64,000 nt of DNA, taken from NCBI GenBank assembly GCA_016199805.1, contig JACQGC010000018.1, positions 5,219 to 69,218 of the forward strand, in the 5' to 3' direction. The stretch comes from Candidatus Nomurabacteria bacterium (GTDB taxonomy: Bacteria; Patescibacteriota; Minisyncoccia; Phycocordibacterales; UBA9973). The position numbers were made by a program, and so were the translations under genes. Below are positions 36,877 through 46,187 of the stretch, piece by piece. Positions within the stretch are counted from its first letter, which is position 1, and each line of letters begins with the position of its first letter. The notes under the pieces were generated by a model. That model made no database searches and was not told where the DNA came from. It saw only the letters and a list, made by a program, of their open reading frames with translations.

Positions 36877-37265
36877 ACAAAAATACTTTAATCGCCATAA
36901 CCGTTATTTGTGTAGCAATCGTCGCTTTTATTTTTATCAGTGGAATCGGTACCGGCAACCCTTCGGGTTCGGCTGTGGAAAACGCGCAAATCAAAGATGG
37001 TGTCCAGTATGTCACTATCAATGCCGGAGGTGGATACTCGCCAAGGATTTCCAGTGCCAAGGCGGGCGTGCCAACAAAATTAATAATGAAAACAAACGGC
37101 ATATATGATTGCTCGGCCTCACTGGTCATAAATTCCATCGGCTATAGGAAAATTCTGCCTCAAACGGGGGAGACGGAAATAGACATAGGCACTCCACAAG
37201 CAGGTGTGCCGTTACGGGGTGTATGCGGCATGGGCATGTACAGCTTTTCTGTTAACTTTAAATAA
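36873..37265 (+). CDS. cupredoxin-like domain protein (membrane anchored)
   Basis: TM, then YVTINAGGGYSPRISSAKAGVPTKLIM...CGMGMYSF, consistent with a Cupredoxin_1-type fold and Cys/Met ligands. Confidence 0.55.
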   Translation: MNKNTLIAITVICVAIVAFIFISGIGTGNPSGSAVENAQIKDGVQYVTINAGGGYSPRISSAKAGVPTKLIMKTNGIYDCSASLVINSIGYRKILPQTGETEIDIGTPQAGVPLRGVCGMGMYSFSVNFK

Positions 37266-37287
37266 GAAAAGTGGTATAATATCCCGC

Positions 37288-37743
37288 ATGGAAAACCAAG
37301 AAAAACAAAATGTTTCGGAGCCGCATGTCAGGATTTTCAACGAAGAAGTGAATTCACGGGATAAGGGAAAAGAAAAAGTCGATGAGCAAAAGAACGATTT
37401 TCACCATTACCATCATCATTATCATGAAGGCAGGCATTTTGGTAGTGGAGTTTCCGGACTGGCTGTCTTCTTTGTGGGAATTTTACTTTTACTCAACACC
37501 TTTGGGTTAGCTTCGAGGGGTGTTTGGAATTACATCTGGCCATTTTGGCCGGTCTTGTTGATATTGATGGGAATCAGAATTATTACCGGGTATAACAAAG
37601 TCGCCAGGTTTTTCATTTTCATTTTTTCCCTGGTCATGTTTAGTTTTATTGTTTTATATGCGCTCATTCATGTCGGCTCTCCGCTTGTTTATAATTTAAA
37701 CTTGTCTCCGGACTTTATCAATTATATTCTCCAATTAAGATAA
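37288..37743 (+). CDS. His-rich membrane protein (DUF5668 / LiaF-N-like)
   Basis: HHYHHHYHEGRH tract followed by 3-4 TM. Confidence 0.5.
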   Translation: MENQEKQNVSEPHVRIFNEEVNSRDKGKEKVDEQKNDFHHYHHHYHEGRHFGSGVSGLAVFFVGILLLLNTFGLASRGVWNYIWPFWPVLLILMGIRIITGYNKVARFFIFIFSLVMFSFIVLYALIHVGSPLVYNLNLSPDFINYILQLR

Positions 37744-37755
37744 TAAGATAATTTT

Positions 37756-38253
37756 ATGAGAAAAATAATTTTTGGAACCATCTTGATAGTTTTAGGTCTC
37801 TCGGCTCTCTTGGGTATTTCTTTGCTAAAGTTTTTCTTTGCTTTTATTCTGATAGCTATAGGCATAAAGATAATCATCGGGAACGAGTACAATTTGAATT
37901 TTGATGCGGCAAAACCGTTTTCCAGCGAGAACTTAATAAATGAATTGAATATTTTCAGTTCCGCCGACAGAGTCATCAAATCCGAGAATTTCAAAGGGGG
38001 CAGAATAACCATGATTTTTAGTGGCGGCAAGATAGACCTGCGCCACATCAGCACGTCCGAAAGTGTCATCAATCTGGAAATAATAGCAATCTTCGGCGGA
38101 GCGGAACTCATCGTTCCAAAAGGCTGGAAAGTAAATTCACAAGGGACTTCAATCTTCGGTGGTTATGACACAAAGATAGAAGGAGAGGGAAACAGCATAA
38201 CCTTAAATCTAAAAGGCGTGGCAATTTTTGGAGGAGTAAAGGTCACAAACTAG
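37756..38253 (+). CDS. LiaF-like (DUF2154-type) membrane protein
   Basis: 2 TM, then beta-rich repeats IFGG.E.IVPKGW..., IFGG.D..., IFGGVKV. Confidence 0.55.
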   Translation: MRKIIFGTILIVLGLSALLGISLLKFFFAFILIAIGIKIIIGNEYNLNFDAAKPFSSENLINELNIFSSADRVIKSENFKGGRITMIFSGGKIDLRHISTSESVINLEIIAIFGGAELIVPKGWKVNSQGTSIFGGYDTKIEGEGNSITLNLKGVAIFGGVKVTN

Positions 38254-38268
38254 CTCGGAATTATAAAC

Positions 38269-38619
38269 ATGGAAACAAATATTTGTCCGGTTTGTCATCA
38301 GCCCATACTTCCCACTTATTATTTTTGTCCCAATTGCGGCGCAAAGGTAAACGAACCTCCGCTTTCCACCAGTGCGGGAACGCAGGCTCTCATATACCTA
38401 GAGAGTATAGTTTTGCCTATAGTCCTTTTTCTTTTTATCAAAAAATGGCCGGGAGTAAAATATTTCAAATCAAAAGATCCGAAAGCGAACAGAATCGGGC
38501 AGGTTGCCTGGGTGCTCCTGATAGTTTCCACAATTTTTGTCATATGGTTTTCGTATGTCTGGACCGAGCAGGCCATTCAGTCTTCAGTAGACAGTATAAA
38601 TACCGATTTTAATTTCTAG
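38269..38619 (+). CDS. zinc-ribbon membrane protein
   Basis: CPVC...CPNC N-terminus plus two TM. Confidence 0.55.
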   Translation: METNICPVCHQPILPTYYFCPNCGAKVNEPPLSTSAGTQALIYLESIVLPIVLFLFIKKWPGVKYFKSKDPKANRIGQVAWVLLIVSTIFVIWFSYVWTEQAIQSSVDSINTDFNF

Positions 38620-38681
38620 CGCACCATCTTCATTAGTTCTTTCGTATATAGCCTGTATTATCAATATCAAACACACAACAC

Positions 38682-39191
38682 ATGGAACCAAAAAATAATT
38701 CACAAAAAAATATAGCCATCGCCCTAGTCGCCGTCGCCATAGCCGCAGTTTTATCTGTGCCTATTTTCTTGGGAAAGAAAACCACCACCCTGCCTTCGGC
38801 ACCCCTCCTTAATCAAGGAGGGGATGGGAGTGGTAATTCTACTCCAGTCGTTTCGAAAACTCCTCCGGTAGACGTTCCCAAGAAAACTCTTTCGGTTTAC
38901 AAAGATGGCACCTATACGGCTACAGGTTCTTACGATTCTCCGGGTGGAATGGATAAAGTCACCGTCACCCTTACGCTAAAAAGTGATGTCGTCACCGATG
39001 TTTCGGTGACTCCGATAGCAGGTGATAGTCTTTCAAAGAAATATCAGGATATGTTTGTCTCCGGCTACAAGCAATTTGTCGTCGGGCAAAAAATAGCCGG
39101 CTTGCAGCTCTCAAAAGTTTCCGGTTCATCTCTTACTCCAATCGGTTTCAACGCTGCGCTCACCCAAATAAAAGCGCAAGCCAAGGCATAG
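38682..39191 (+). CDS. FMN-binding domain protein (extracytoplasmic flavoprotein)
   Basis: TM, then YKDGTYTATGSYDSPGGMDKVTVTLTLK...TPIGFNAAL (FMN_bind; the conserved Thr/Ser flavinylation site context). Confidence 0.7.
   Translation: MEPKNNSQKNIAIALVAVAIAAVLSVPIFLGKKTTTLPSAPLLNQGGDGSGNSTPVVSKTPPVDVPKKTLSVYKDGTYTATGSYDSPGGMDKVTVTLTLKSDVVTDVSVTPIAGDSLSKKYQDMFVSGYKQFVVGQKIAGLQLSKVSGSSLTPIGFNAALTQIKAQAKA
38803..38824. repeat. 22-bp palindrome CCCCTCCTTAATCAAGGAGGGG embedded in-frame in the FMN-binding protein CDS
   Basis: Identical to 4803-4824. Encodes PLLNQGG within a low-complexity linker after the TM. Confidence 0.7.
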
Positions 39192-39194
39192 TTT

Positions 39195-40067
39195 ATGGCG
39201 CAATTTACTTTTGACGGTATCGGCACGAAGTGGCAGATAGATATATTTGAAGATTTATCGGAAATAGACCAAGACAAACTTCTGGCTCGCGTAAAAAATC
39301 GCATCGAAGTTTTTGACAAAAACTATTCGCGTTTTCGCGATGATTCGCTAGTGACTAAAATGTCCAAAGAAACGGGCGTTTTTGCGCTACCCGACGACGC
39401 GGAAAAGATGTTTACCCTTTATTATGATTTATATAAAATTACCGACGGATATTTTACACCGTTAGTCGGAAACATATTATCCGACGCGGGATATGATGCG
39501 AAATATACTTTAAAGCAAAAAAAAGAACTGGAAAAAGCGCCGATCTGGGAAGATGTGATGGAATATAAATTTCCAAACATCGAAATTAAAAAACCGGTCA
39601 TCTTGGATTTTGGCGCGGGAGGAAAAGGGTACTTGCTCGATTTGGTGGCAAAAGAAATTGAAGCGAGTGGAATTTTTGAATATTGCATTGATGCGGGCGG
39701 AGATATCTTGCACAAAAATAAAGTACCGACTCGGGTAGGCTTGGAGAATCCGGAAAACACAGAGGAGGCGATAGGTGTTTACAACTTACAAAACAAAAGT
39801 ATAGCCGGTTCAGCTGGCAACAGGCGTGCGTGGGGAAATTTCACCCACATAATGAATCCCAAAACCCTAATTTCACCGAGAGACATAATAGCAGTCTGGG
39901 TAGTGGCGGAAACTGGTCTCGTGGCAGATGCGCTTGCCACCTGCCTATTTTTCGTTCCAGTATCCACCTTGTCAGACAAATACAAATTTGAATACGTTTT
40001 AGTAAAAAAAGACCATTCCATAGAAAAATCGTCCAATTTCAAAGGTGAGATGTTTTTAAAATCTTAA
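39195..40067 (+). CDS. apbE: FAD:protein FMN transferase (ApbE family)
   Basis: DGIGTKWQIDI..., LDFGAGGKGYLLD, CIDAGGDI; directly downstream of its likely substrate, the FMN-binding protein. Confidence 0.85.
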   Translation: MAQFTFDGIGTKWQIDIFEDLSEIDQDKLLARVKNRIEVFDKNYSRFRDDSLVTKMSKETGVFALPDDAEKMFTLYYDLYKITDGYFTPLVGNILSDAGYDAKYTLKQKKELEKAPIWEDVMEYKFPNIEIKKPVILDFGAGGKGYLLDLVAKEIEASGIFEYCIDAGGDILHKNKVPTRVGLENPENTEEAIGVYNLQNKSIAGSAGNRRAWGNFTHIMNPKTLISPRDIIAVWVVAETGLVADALATCLFFVPVSTLSDKYKFEYVLVKKDHSIEKSSNFKGEMFLKS

Positions 40068-40096
40068 ATTATATTGTTACCCCTAGATCAATACCT

Positions 40097-40516
40097 ATGC
40101 CCCATTTCAGCCATGGCGTAAATGGGGCAGTGTGGTATCATATATACATGAGCCCAAGATATAAAGGTATGCGAGTAAATGCTTTCGGTTTGCCAGCATT
40201 TAAAAATGGCAGGAAAAGCCGTGCAAAAACTGAAAACAGGAAAAAATCTTTTTATCATGTCACTTTTCTTTCACCTTTTAAAAAAGATTCTTCAAAGAAT
40301 TTGATTGTAATGTACGACATTCCACATTTACAGAAAAAGGAGCGGGATTGGTTTCGTCGGCAATTAATAAAATTTGATTATATAATGATTCAAAAAAGTG
40401 TTTGGGTTGGACCGTCTCCACTACCCAAAAATTTCTTAGACTACTTAAAAGAAATAAAAATAGGGGATAAGTTTAAAACCTTTACATTGGCAAAATCTTA
40501 TACAGAAAAACTTTAA
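40097..40516 (+). CDS. hypothetical small protein with a Cas2/VapD-like C-terminal half
   Basis: NLIVMYDIPHLQKKERDWFRRQLIKFDYIMIQKSVW...GDKFKTFTLA resembles the Cas2 pattern (hydrophobic strand-YD, ...R..R..L...G..IQ.SVF, ...D.V.I..L). The ORF start lies inside a palindrome, so the true start may be internal. Confidence 0.4.
   Translation: MPHFSHGVNGAVWYHIYMSPRYKGMRVNAFGLPAFKNGRKSRAKTENRKKSFYHVTFLSPFKKDSSKNLIVMYDIPHLQKKERDWFRRQLIKFDYIMIQKSVWVGPSPLPKNFLDYLKEIKIGDKFKTFTLAKSYTEKL
40098..40129. repeat. 32-bp palindrome TGCCCCATTTCAGCCATGGCGTAAATGGGGCA (near-perfect; upstream copy)
   Basis: Centred on CCATGG; differs from the downstream copy by a CA/AC swap. Confidence 0.75.
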
Positions 40517-40537
40517 TTTACTACATTACTTACCGAC

Positions 40538-40569
40538 TGCCCCATTTACGCCATGGCGTAAATGGGGCA
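40538..40569. repeat. 32-bp perfect palindrome TGCCCCATTTACGCCATGGCGTAAATGGGGCA (downstream copy)
   Basis: Its reverse complement equals itself. Second copy 440 bp upstream; together they bracket the Cas2-like ORF. Confidence 0.8.
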
Positions 40570-40617
40570 CGATGTCTTGATGTATAATTTTTTTCATAAT
40601 TTTGCTATAATAGCTTC

Positions 40618-42360
40618 GTGGAATCACAAACTAAACAGTGCCAGAATTGCCAGAAAGACTTTATAATAGAGCCGGATGATTTCGGTTTTTACGAGAAAAT
40701 AAAAGTCCCTCCGCCGACCTTTTGCCCGGAATGCCGGCTACAAAGGCGCTTGGCCTGGCGTAACGAGCGGGCCTTGTACAAACGCAAGTGCGGTTTATGC
40801 CAAAAAAGTATTATTGCAATGTATCATGAATCCATGCCATTTCCCGTATATTGTCGAGAGTGTTGGTTCGGAGATGGATGGGACCCAACTTTATATGGAA
40901 AGAAATACGATTTCAATAGAACATTTTTCGAACAATATAAAGAATTTTCAAATACTGTGCCCAGGCTAGCTTTGTGGCAAAGGAGTTCTACAAATTCAGA
41001 TTATTCCAATATGGTTGGAGAATCGAAAAATGTATATCTATCTTCTTCGGTTGTAAAAGAATCAGAAAATGTTTTTTATTCAAAGTCGGTAGATAGATCC
41101 AGAGATATCGTTGATTGTTTAAATATAATAAACGGATCAGAGAGTTTGTATGAGAACGTGGAAGCACAAAGTAATTATAATTCTCAATATCTTTTACTCT
41201 GCAGGAGTTGTTTGGATTCATACTATTCTGTTGATTGTATAAATTGTAGTAATTGTTTTCTTTCTTACAATTTGCGAAATAAAAAATTTTGTATTCGCAA
41301 TCAGCAATATGAAAAGGAAGATTATTTTAAGAAAATAGAAAAATTAAATTTAAGGAGCAGGGCTTCACGTGATTTTTTGCTGGAAGAATTTGCAGAAATT
41401 AAAAAGAAGGCAATTTATCGTTTTGGAAATATCACTAAATGTATTAATGTGACAGGAAATAATCTTTTGAATGTAAAAAATGGTAAAGATTGTTTTGAAA
41501 TTTATGATGTGGAAAATGCGAAATATTGTTATCGAGCGTTTAATCTCAAAGACTGTATGGATTTTGATTATGGAGGGTGGTCAGAATTGATGTATGAGTA
41601 CGTAACTGGCAGTCTAAATGATTATAATGTTAAATTTAGTTATTCTGCGATGGAATCCGTAAGAAATGCCGATTATACGGAATTTTGTCGAAATTGTTCT
41701 AATCTGTTTGGTTGTATTTCACTTAAAAATACAGAAAATGCAATTCTGAATATAATTTATTCCAAGGAAGAATACGAAAAACTCCGGACGCAAATCATGG
41801 AACATATGAATAGCAATCCATTTATAGACAAAGCAGGCAAAGTTTATCGATATGGAGAATTTTTTCCTATAGAAGTTTCTCCTTGGGTATATAATGAGAC
41901 TTTGTCTCAGGAATTTTTCCCAATTACCAAAGAAGAGGCGGAGAGGAATGGTTATCCATGGCGGGAACCGGATGTAAAAAATTTCGAGATTACAATTCCT
42001 ACAGAAAACATTCTGGACAATATTGACGATGTTAGTGAAGATATTTTAAAAGATGTTCTGGGTTGTGCCCACGCAGGAGAGTGTGCTCATCAATGCAATA
42101 CTGCTTTTCGTTTAACAAACTATGAACTGGTTTTTTATAAAAAACATAACATACCGCTTCCAATTCTTTGCCCCAACTGTCGTTATTACGAAAGATTCAA
42201 AGTTATGCCAGCATTGAAATTATGGCACAGGCAATGCATGTGTGATAAGAAACACACGCACCATGAGGGCAGATGCGAGATTGAATTTGAGACCAGCTAT
42301 GCGCCAGATAGGCCGGAAATAGTATATTGTGAAAAGTGTTACCAGCAGGAGGTTTACTAG
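40618..42360 (+). CDS. 580-aa cysteine-rich protein with N- and C-terminal zinc-ribbon modules and a central Asn/Ser/Cys repeat region
   Basis: GTG start after an extended -10 (GCTATAAT). Termini: CQNC-17-CPECRLQRR...C.LC and CPNCRYYERF...C.C, each with the shared FY.K..(V/I)P.P..CP.CR motif. The middle has about 20-aa periodic repeats (C.NCSN.F...). Confidence 0.6.
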   Translation: MESQTKQCQNCQKDFIIEPDDFGFYEKIKVPPPTFCPECRLQRRLAWRNERALYKRKCGLCQKSIIAMYHESMPFPVYCRECWFGDGWDPTLYGKKYDFNRTFFEQYKEFSNTVPRLALWQRSSTNSDYSNMVGESKNVYLSSSVVKESENVFYSKSVDRSRDIVDCLNIINGSESLYENVEAQSNYNSQYLLLCRSCLDSYYSVDCINCSNCFLSYNLRNKKFCIRNQQYEKEDYFKKIEKLNLRSRASRDFLLEEFAEIKKKAIYRFGNITKCINVTGNNLLNVKNGKDCFEIYDVENAKYCYRAFNLKDCMDFDYGGWSELMYEYVTGSLNDYNVKFSYSAMESVRNADYTEFCRNCSNLFGCISLKNTENAILNIIYSKEEYEKLRTQIMEHMNSNPFIDKAGKVYRYGEFFPIEVSPWVYNETLSQEFFPITKEEAERNGYPWREPDVKNFEITIPTENILDNIDDVSEDILKDVLGCAHAGECAHQCNTAFRLTNYELVFYKKHNIPLPILCPNCRYYERFKVMPALKLWHRQCMCDKKHTHHEGRCEIEFETSYAPDRPEIVYCEKCYQQEVY

Positions 42361-42383
42361 CCTTTGGCTAGTGTACTGATTTT

Positions 42384-42406
42384 CCTCCCCCTAATGTAGG
42401 GGGAGG
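42384..42406. repeat. palindrome CCTCCCCCTA-ATG-TAGGGGGAGG
   Basis: 10-bp arms. Nearly identical element at 56997-57018 (CCTCCCCCTACGTAGGGGGAGG). Confidence 0.7.
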
Positions 42407-42441
42407 TTAGGTGGGGGTATAATTTAGTGCTGAGGTGAATT

Positions 42442-44322
42442 TTGCACCACTTTTTTGTAATTTGGCGTATAATATGGGGTATGAGCAAAAAATCACACAA
42501 AAGAATATTTGGTTTTTCATTTTTAATTTTAACAATAATGTTTTTGTCTTTTACCAGTAAGGCTTTTGCCATGACTCCCACATTGTCGCTTTCTCCGACA
42601 GGGGACGGGGACTCGGTGCAAGTAAATGTCACCGGCGACCCGAATTCCAGTGTGCTTATTTTCTATATTAAAACCGGGTCTGGTCCACAGACTCTTTCTC
42701 TCGGAACTACCAATACAAACGGGACTTTGACAAACACAGTCAGTACTTCAAACTATGGTGTGGCGGCAGGCAGTTCGGTGTATATCACTACGGGTGGCAT
42801 CAATGGTGCCCATTCCAACACAGTAGCTTGGCCGGCAGTCAGTTCTCTTCTCTCTAGCAGTAACATGCTGACCTTGAGCCAGACGGGCCTCGTGCTCACC
42901 CTCGGGCAAGCTATGTCTGTTACCGCCACCAATCTGAACAACAGTCAGCTTTATCAAGCCAGCAATACCAGTCCGCAAATCGCAAATTTTAGCATCAGTG
43001 GCTCTCAAATAAATGTCACCGCCAACAGCTACGGCACCACCACGGCTTCTTTTTGCTTGATTAACAACACTTCAAACTGTGGAAGTATTTATGTCATCGT
43101 TCAAAGCAGCAGTGCGCAACCGCTCACCTTCAGCCAGAGCAGTGTGACACTGTCTCCAGGGCAAACTGTCTCCGTACAAATTTCCGGCGGTTCCGGAGTT
43201 TATTCGGTGCTCAATAATTCCAGTCAAAACAATGGTGTGGTTACGACCAGTATCTCTAGTAGCACCATCACTTTGACCACGAGTGGTACGACCGGTTCGT
43301 CATCTATAACTGTTTGTTCTACAGACATGAATTCTTGCGGTATCATCAACGTGACTATCGGCAATACTGTTTCTTCGGCAGTTTCATTTAGTCAGCAAAA
43401 CCCAACCCTTGCCGTAGCCCAAAGTCTGAACATCAGTATTTTTGGTCCGACCAACAGCTTATTTTATGTGAATTCAAATTCAAACCCAAGCATCGTTCAA
43501 GCCAATCTCTCGGGTAGCACTCTAACTCTTCTTGGAATCACCACCGGCTCTTCGACAATAAGTATCTGTGCCTCTACGAGTAATTGTGCCAATTTGAGTG
43601 TAACCGTCAGCACTAGTTCGAGTGGTGGGGCGTTGATTTTGAGCCAACAAAGTGTAAATCTTTCTGTTGGGCAGACGAGTACAGTGACAATTTCCGGAGG
43701 CACGATGCCATACAATATTTTCACAAACTCCAGTAATATTTTTCAAGCAACTTTAAATAGTAATATACTTACACTCGTAGGTTTGAGTAACGGAACTTCT
43801 CTTATGAACGTATGTTCTGCGGGAGGGAATTGCCTAACATTATCTGTGTATGTGGGAGTAACCAATCCCAATGCCTTGCCTACAGGTTGTGTATCTACGA
43901 CGGGTTTTAGCCAGACGACTGGCCAGTCGTGCAATACCACAACCACAACCACAACCACTACCAATACATACGTACCCGTAGATTGCACCGGGGCCGCTTT
44001 TAGTGTTTCTACTGGAGTGGCTTGTCCCGCCAACACTATTACCACTACTCCCGTAACTACGGTCACTGTTCCAGACGATACTATCAACACTCCGACAACG
44101 AGCACTGCCTTTAAATTCACCAAAGCAATCAAGCTTGGCTCAAAAGGCGCAGAAGTTACGCAGCTACAGAAAAAATTAAAAACTCTGGGATATTTTAATA
44201 CCACAGCCACCGGAACCTTTGGCCCCATTACAGAAAAAGCAGTCAAAGCATTTCAAAAAGCACACAAACTTCCGCAAGTGGGCAATGTGGGACCGCTCAC
44301 GCGCGCGCTTCTCAATAAATAA
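42442..44322 (+). CDS. cell-surface protein: signal peptide, five Ig-like (about 80-aa) repeats, Thr-rich stalk, C-terminal PG_binding_1 domain
   Basis: Tandem repeats (L.LSQ..V.L..GQ..SV...)...C..L.V. C-terminus GSKGAEVTQLQKKLKTLGYF...FGPITEKAVKAFQKAHKL. Confidence 0.7.
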   Translation: MHHFFVIWRIIWGMSKKSHKRIFGFSFLILTIMFLSFTSKAFAMTPTLSLSPTGDGDSVQVNVTGDPNSSVLIFYIKTGSGPQTLSLGTTNTNGTLTNTVSTSNYGVAAGSSVYITTGGINGAHSNTVAWPAVSSLLSSSNMLTLSQTGLVLTLGQAMSVTATNLNNSQLYQASNTSPQIANFSISGSQINVTANSYGTTTASFCLINNTSNCGSIYVIVQSSSAQPLTFSQSSVTLSPGQTVSVQISGGSGVYSVLNNSSQNNGVVTTSISSSTITLTTSGTTGSSSITVCSTDMNSCGIINVTIGNTVSSAVSFSQQNPTLAVAQSLNISIFGPTNSLFYVNSNSNPSIVQANLSGSTLTLLGITTGSSTISICASTSNCANLSVTVSTSSSGGALILSQQSVNLSVGQTSTVTISGGTMPYNIFTNSSNIFQATLNSNILTLVGLSNGTSLMNVCSAGGNCLTLSVYVGVTNPNALPTGCVSTTGFSQTTGQSCNTTTTTTTTTNTYVPVDCTGAAFSVSTGVACPANTITTTPVTTVTVPDDTINTPTTSTAFKFTKAIKLGSKGAEVTQLQKKLKTLGYFNTTATGTFGPITEKAVKAFQKAHKLPQVGNVGPLTRALLNK

Positions 44323-44364
44323 AATACTTAGGCAAAAACCAAGCGTTGATGTATACTACAGGTA

Positions 44365-45516
44365 ATGAAAAAGAATCTTTTCTGGATTATTTTGGTACTG
44401 CTTATTATTATCGGTGCCTGTTTTTTCTTCCCGGGATTTTTGGGCGGGGCTGTTTCGTATAAAAAAAGCGCGCAAGTAATAAATACCAGTTTACCCGAAG
44501 TAAAAGCTAACCCAATTACTTCGAATAAAGCTCCTCTCGACGTTATCGCCTATGATAAAAAATTAAATGAAATAGCCAACAATCCACCGGATCCTATCAT
44601 TTACACAACCGTCAAAACTCCCGGGAAAGATAAGAACGGCAAAGCTATAACCATAACCACCAAAGTTCCTCTTGACCCACAGCCGGTAAAAACCCATCTC
44701 TGGCCGGTAAAAACAGTTTATCCGAATGCCGGCGCGCTTTTGCCTTTCAACCGCATCGTCGCTTATTATGGAAATTTATATTCAACCAAAATGGGAGTGC
44801 TCGGGGAATATCCCGAAGCTATAATGCTAGAGAAGTTGGAAGCAGAAGTAAAAAAATGGGAAATAGCTGACCCGACGACTCCGGTGATTCCGGCCTTGCA
44901 CTACATCGCAGTAGTTGCCCAAGGAGCTCCCGGCGATAGTGGTAAATATAGATTGCGGATGCCAGGCTCTGAAATAGATAAAGTGCTGGCCATGGCGGGG
45001 AAAATAAACGCGATAGTTTTTTTGGATATTCAGGTTGGCTTTTCCAATGTGCAAACAGAAATTCCGCTGTTGGAAAAATATTTAAAATTGCCAAATGTGC
45101 ACTTGGCCATTGACCCGGAGTTTTCCATGAAGACCGGCATCCGTCCGGGAAAAGTCGTGGGCACCCTCGACGCGGCTGATATAAATTTTGCCGCTAATTA
45201 TCTGGCCAATCTCGTGAAAGAAAATAATCTCACTCCGAAAATTCTCATCATTCACCGATACACGCAAAAAATGGTGACGAATTACAAACTTATCAAACCA
45301 CTGCCAGAAGTTCAATTCATTATGAATATGGATGGCTGGGGCGGGGAGGCAAAAAAAATCGGCACCTATAAAAACTTTATTTATCCGGAGCCGGTGCAAT
45401 TTACCGGTTTCAAATTATTCTACAAAAATGACATTTTGACTCCTGGCACCACCCTGATGACACCGACTACTTTGCTCAAATTAAATCCACAGCCCATATA
45501 TATACAGTATCAGTAA
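44365..45516 (+). CDS. hypothetical exported protein
   Basis: N-terminal TM or signal peptide; 383 aa; no confident family. Confidence 0.5.
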   Translation: MKKNLFWIILVLLIIIGACFFFPGFLGGAVSYKKSAQVINTSLPEVKANPITSNKAPLDVIAYDKKLNEIANNPPDPIIYTTVKTPGKDKNGKAITITTKVPLDPQPVKTHLWPVKTVYPNAGALLPFNRIVAYYGNLYSTKMGVLGEYPEAIMLEKLEAEVKKWEIADPTTPVIPALHYIAVVAQGAPGDSGKYRLRMPGSEIDKVLAMAGKINAIVFLDIQVGFSNVQTEIPLLEKYLKLPNVHLAIDPEFSMKTGIRPGKVVGTLDAADINFAANYLANLVKENNLTPKILIIHRYTQKMVTNYKLIKPLPEVQFIMNMDGWGGEAKKIGTYKNFIYPEPVQFTGFKLFYKNDILTPGTTLMTPTTLLKLNPQPIYIQYQ

Positions 45517-45699
45517 ATAGGTGTTATAATATAAAAATGCCGGGTATTGAAAGCCAAAATTCTAGTCCCAAAAAGGTACTCTCTCCGGAAGAGGAATTTC
45601 CGCTAACCCATTCAGAAAGAGAAAAAAATATTTTAAGAAATAGAATCAGGATGAAAGGATACAAGAATCTTTCCGAAGAAGAATCAATGCAATGGTATC

Positions 45700-46119
45700 T
45701 TGACACAGAAGAGAGTAAAAATGACAATAGCCCACATCATGGAAACTAAAGAACAAAAAGCTTGGCGGGAAGTAAAATATCACGAGAAATTTTTAAACGC
45801 CTTTCGGGGGTTGCGGGTTTTTTGGAGTACGACCAGGAATTTATACGTGCATATTTTTGTGGCGCTGGTGGCTGTATTTTTTGGATTTTATTTTGAAATT
45901 TCCGGTTTTGAATGGATTGCTTTGATTTTTGCCATATCTTTTGTTTTTGTTTCCGAAGCATTTAATACGGCCATTGAGATAGACATAGATCTGACCTCTC
46001 CTGAATATCATCCTTTTGCCAGAGACACCAAAGACGTAGCTGCCGCGGCTGTCTTGCTGGCTGTGTTTACGGCCATCATTATCGGGCTGATAATTTTCTT
46101 GCCGAAAATCTTCATCTAG
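45700..46119 (+). CDS. dgkA: diacylglycerol kinase / undecaprenol kinase family (DgkA)
   Basis: REVKYHEKFLNAFRGL...VSEAFNTAIE...AKD.AAAAVL: 3-TM prokaryotic DAGK signature. Confidence 0.75.
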   Translation: MTQKRVKMTIAHIMETKEQKAWREVKYHEKFLNAFRGLRVFWSTTRNLYVHIFVALVAVFFGFYFEISGFEWIALIFAISFVFVSEAFNTAIEIDIDLTSPEYHPFARDTKDVAAAAVLLAVFTAIIIGLIIFLPKIFI

Positions 46120-46187
46120 TTTTCATTAGATTTTTATAATCTTACAAAAGAATTTAAAAAGTAGTTCCTTTAAAAAGGAGGGGGCAG

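Noticed and set aside
43743-44246. 167-aa - strand ORF with a poly-Val tract
   Set aside because: Antisense to the Thr-rich stalk (ACC/ACA repeats) of the 42442 surface protein.
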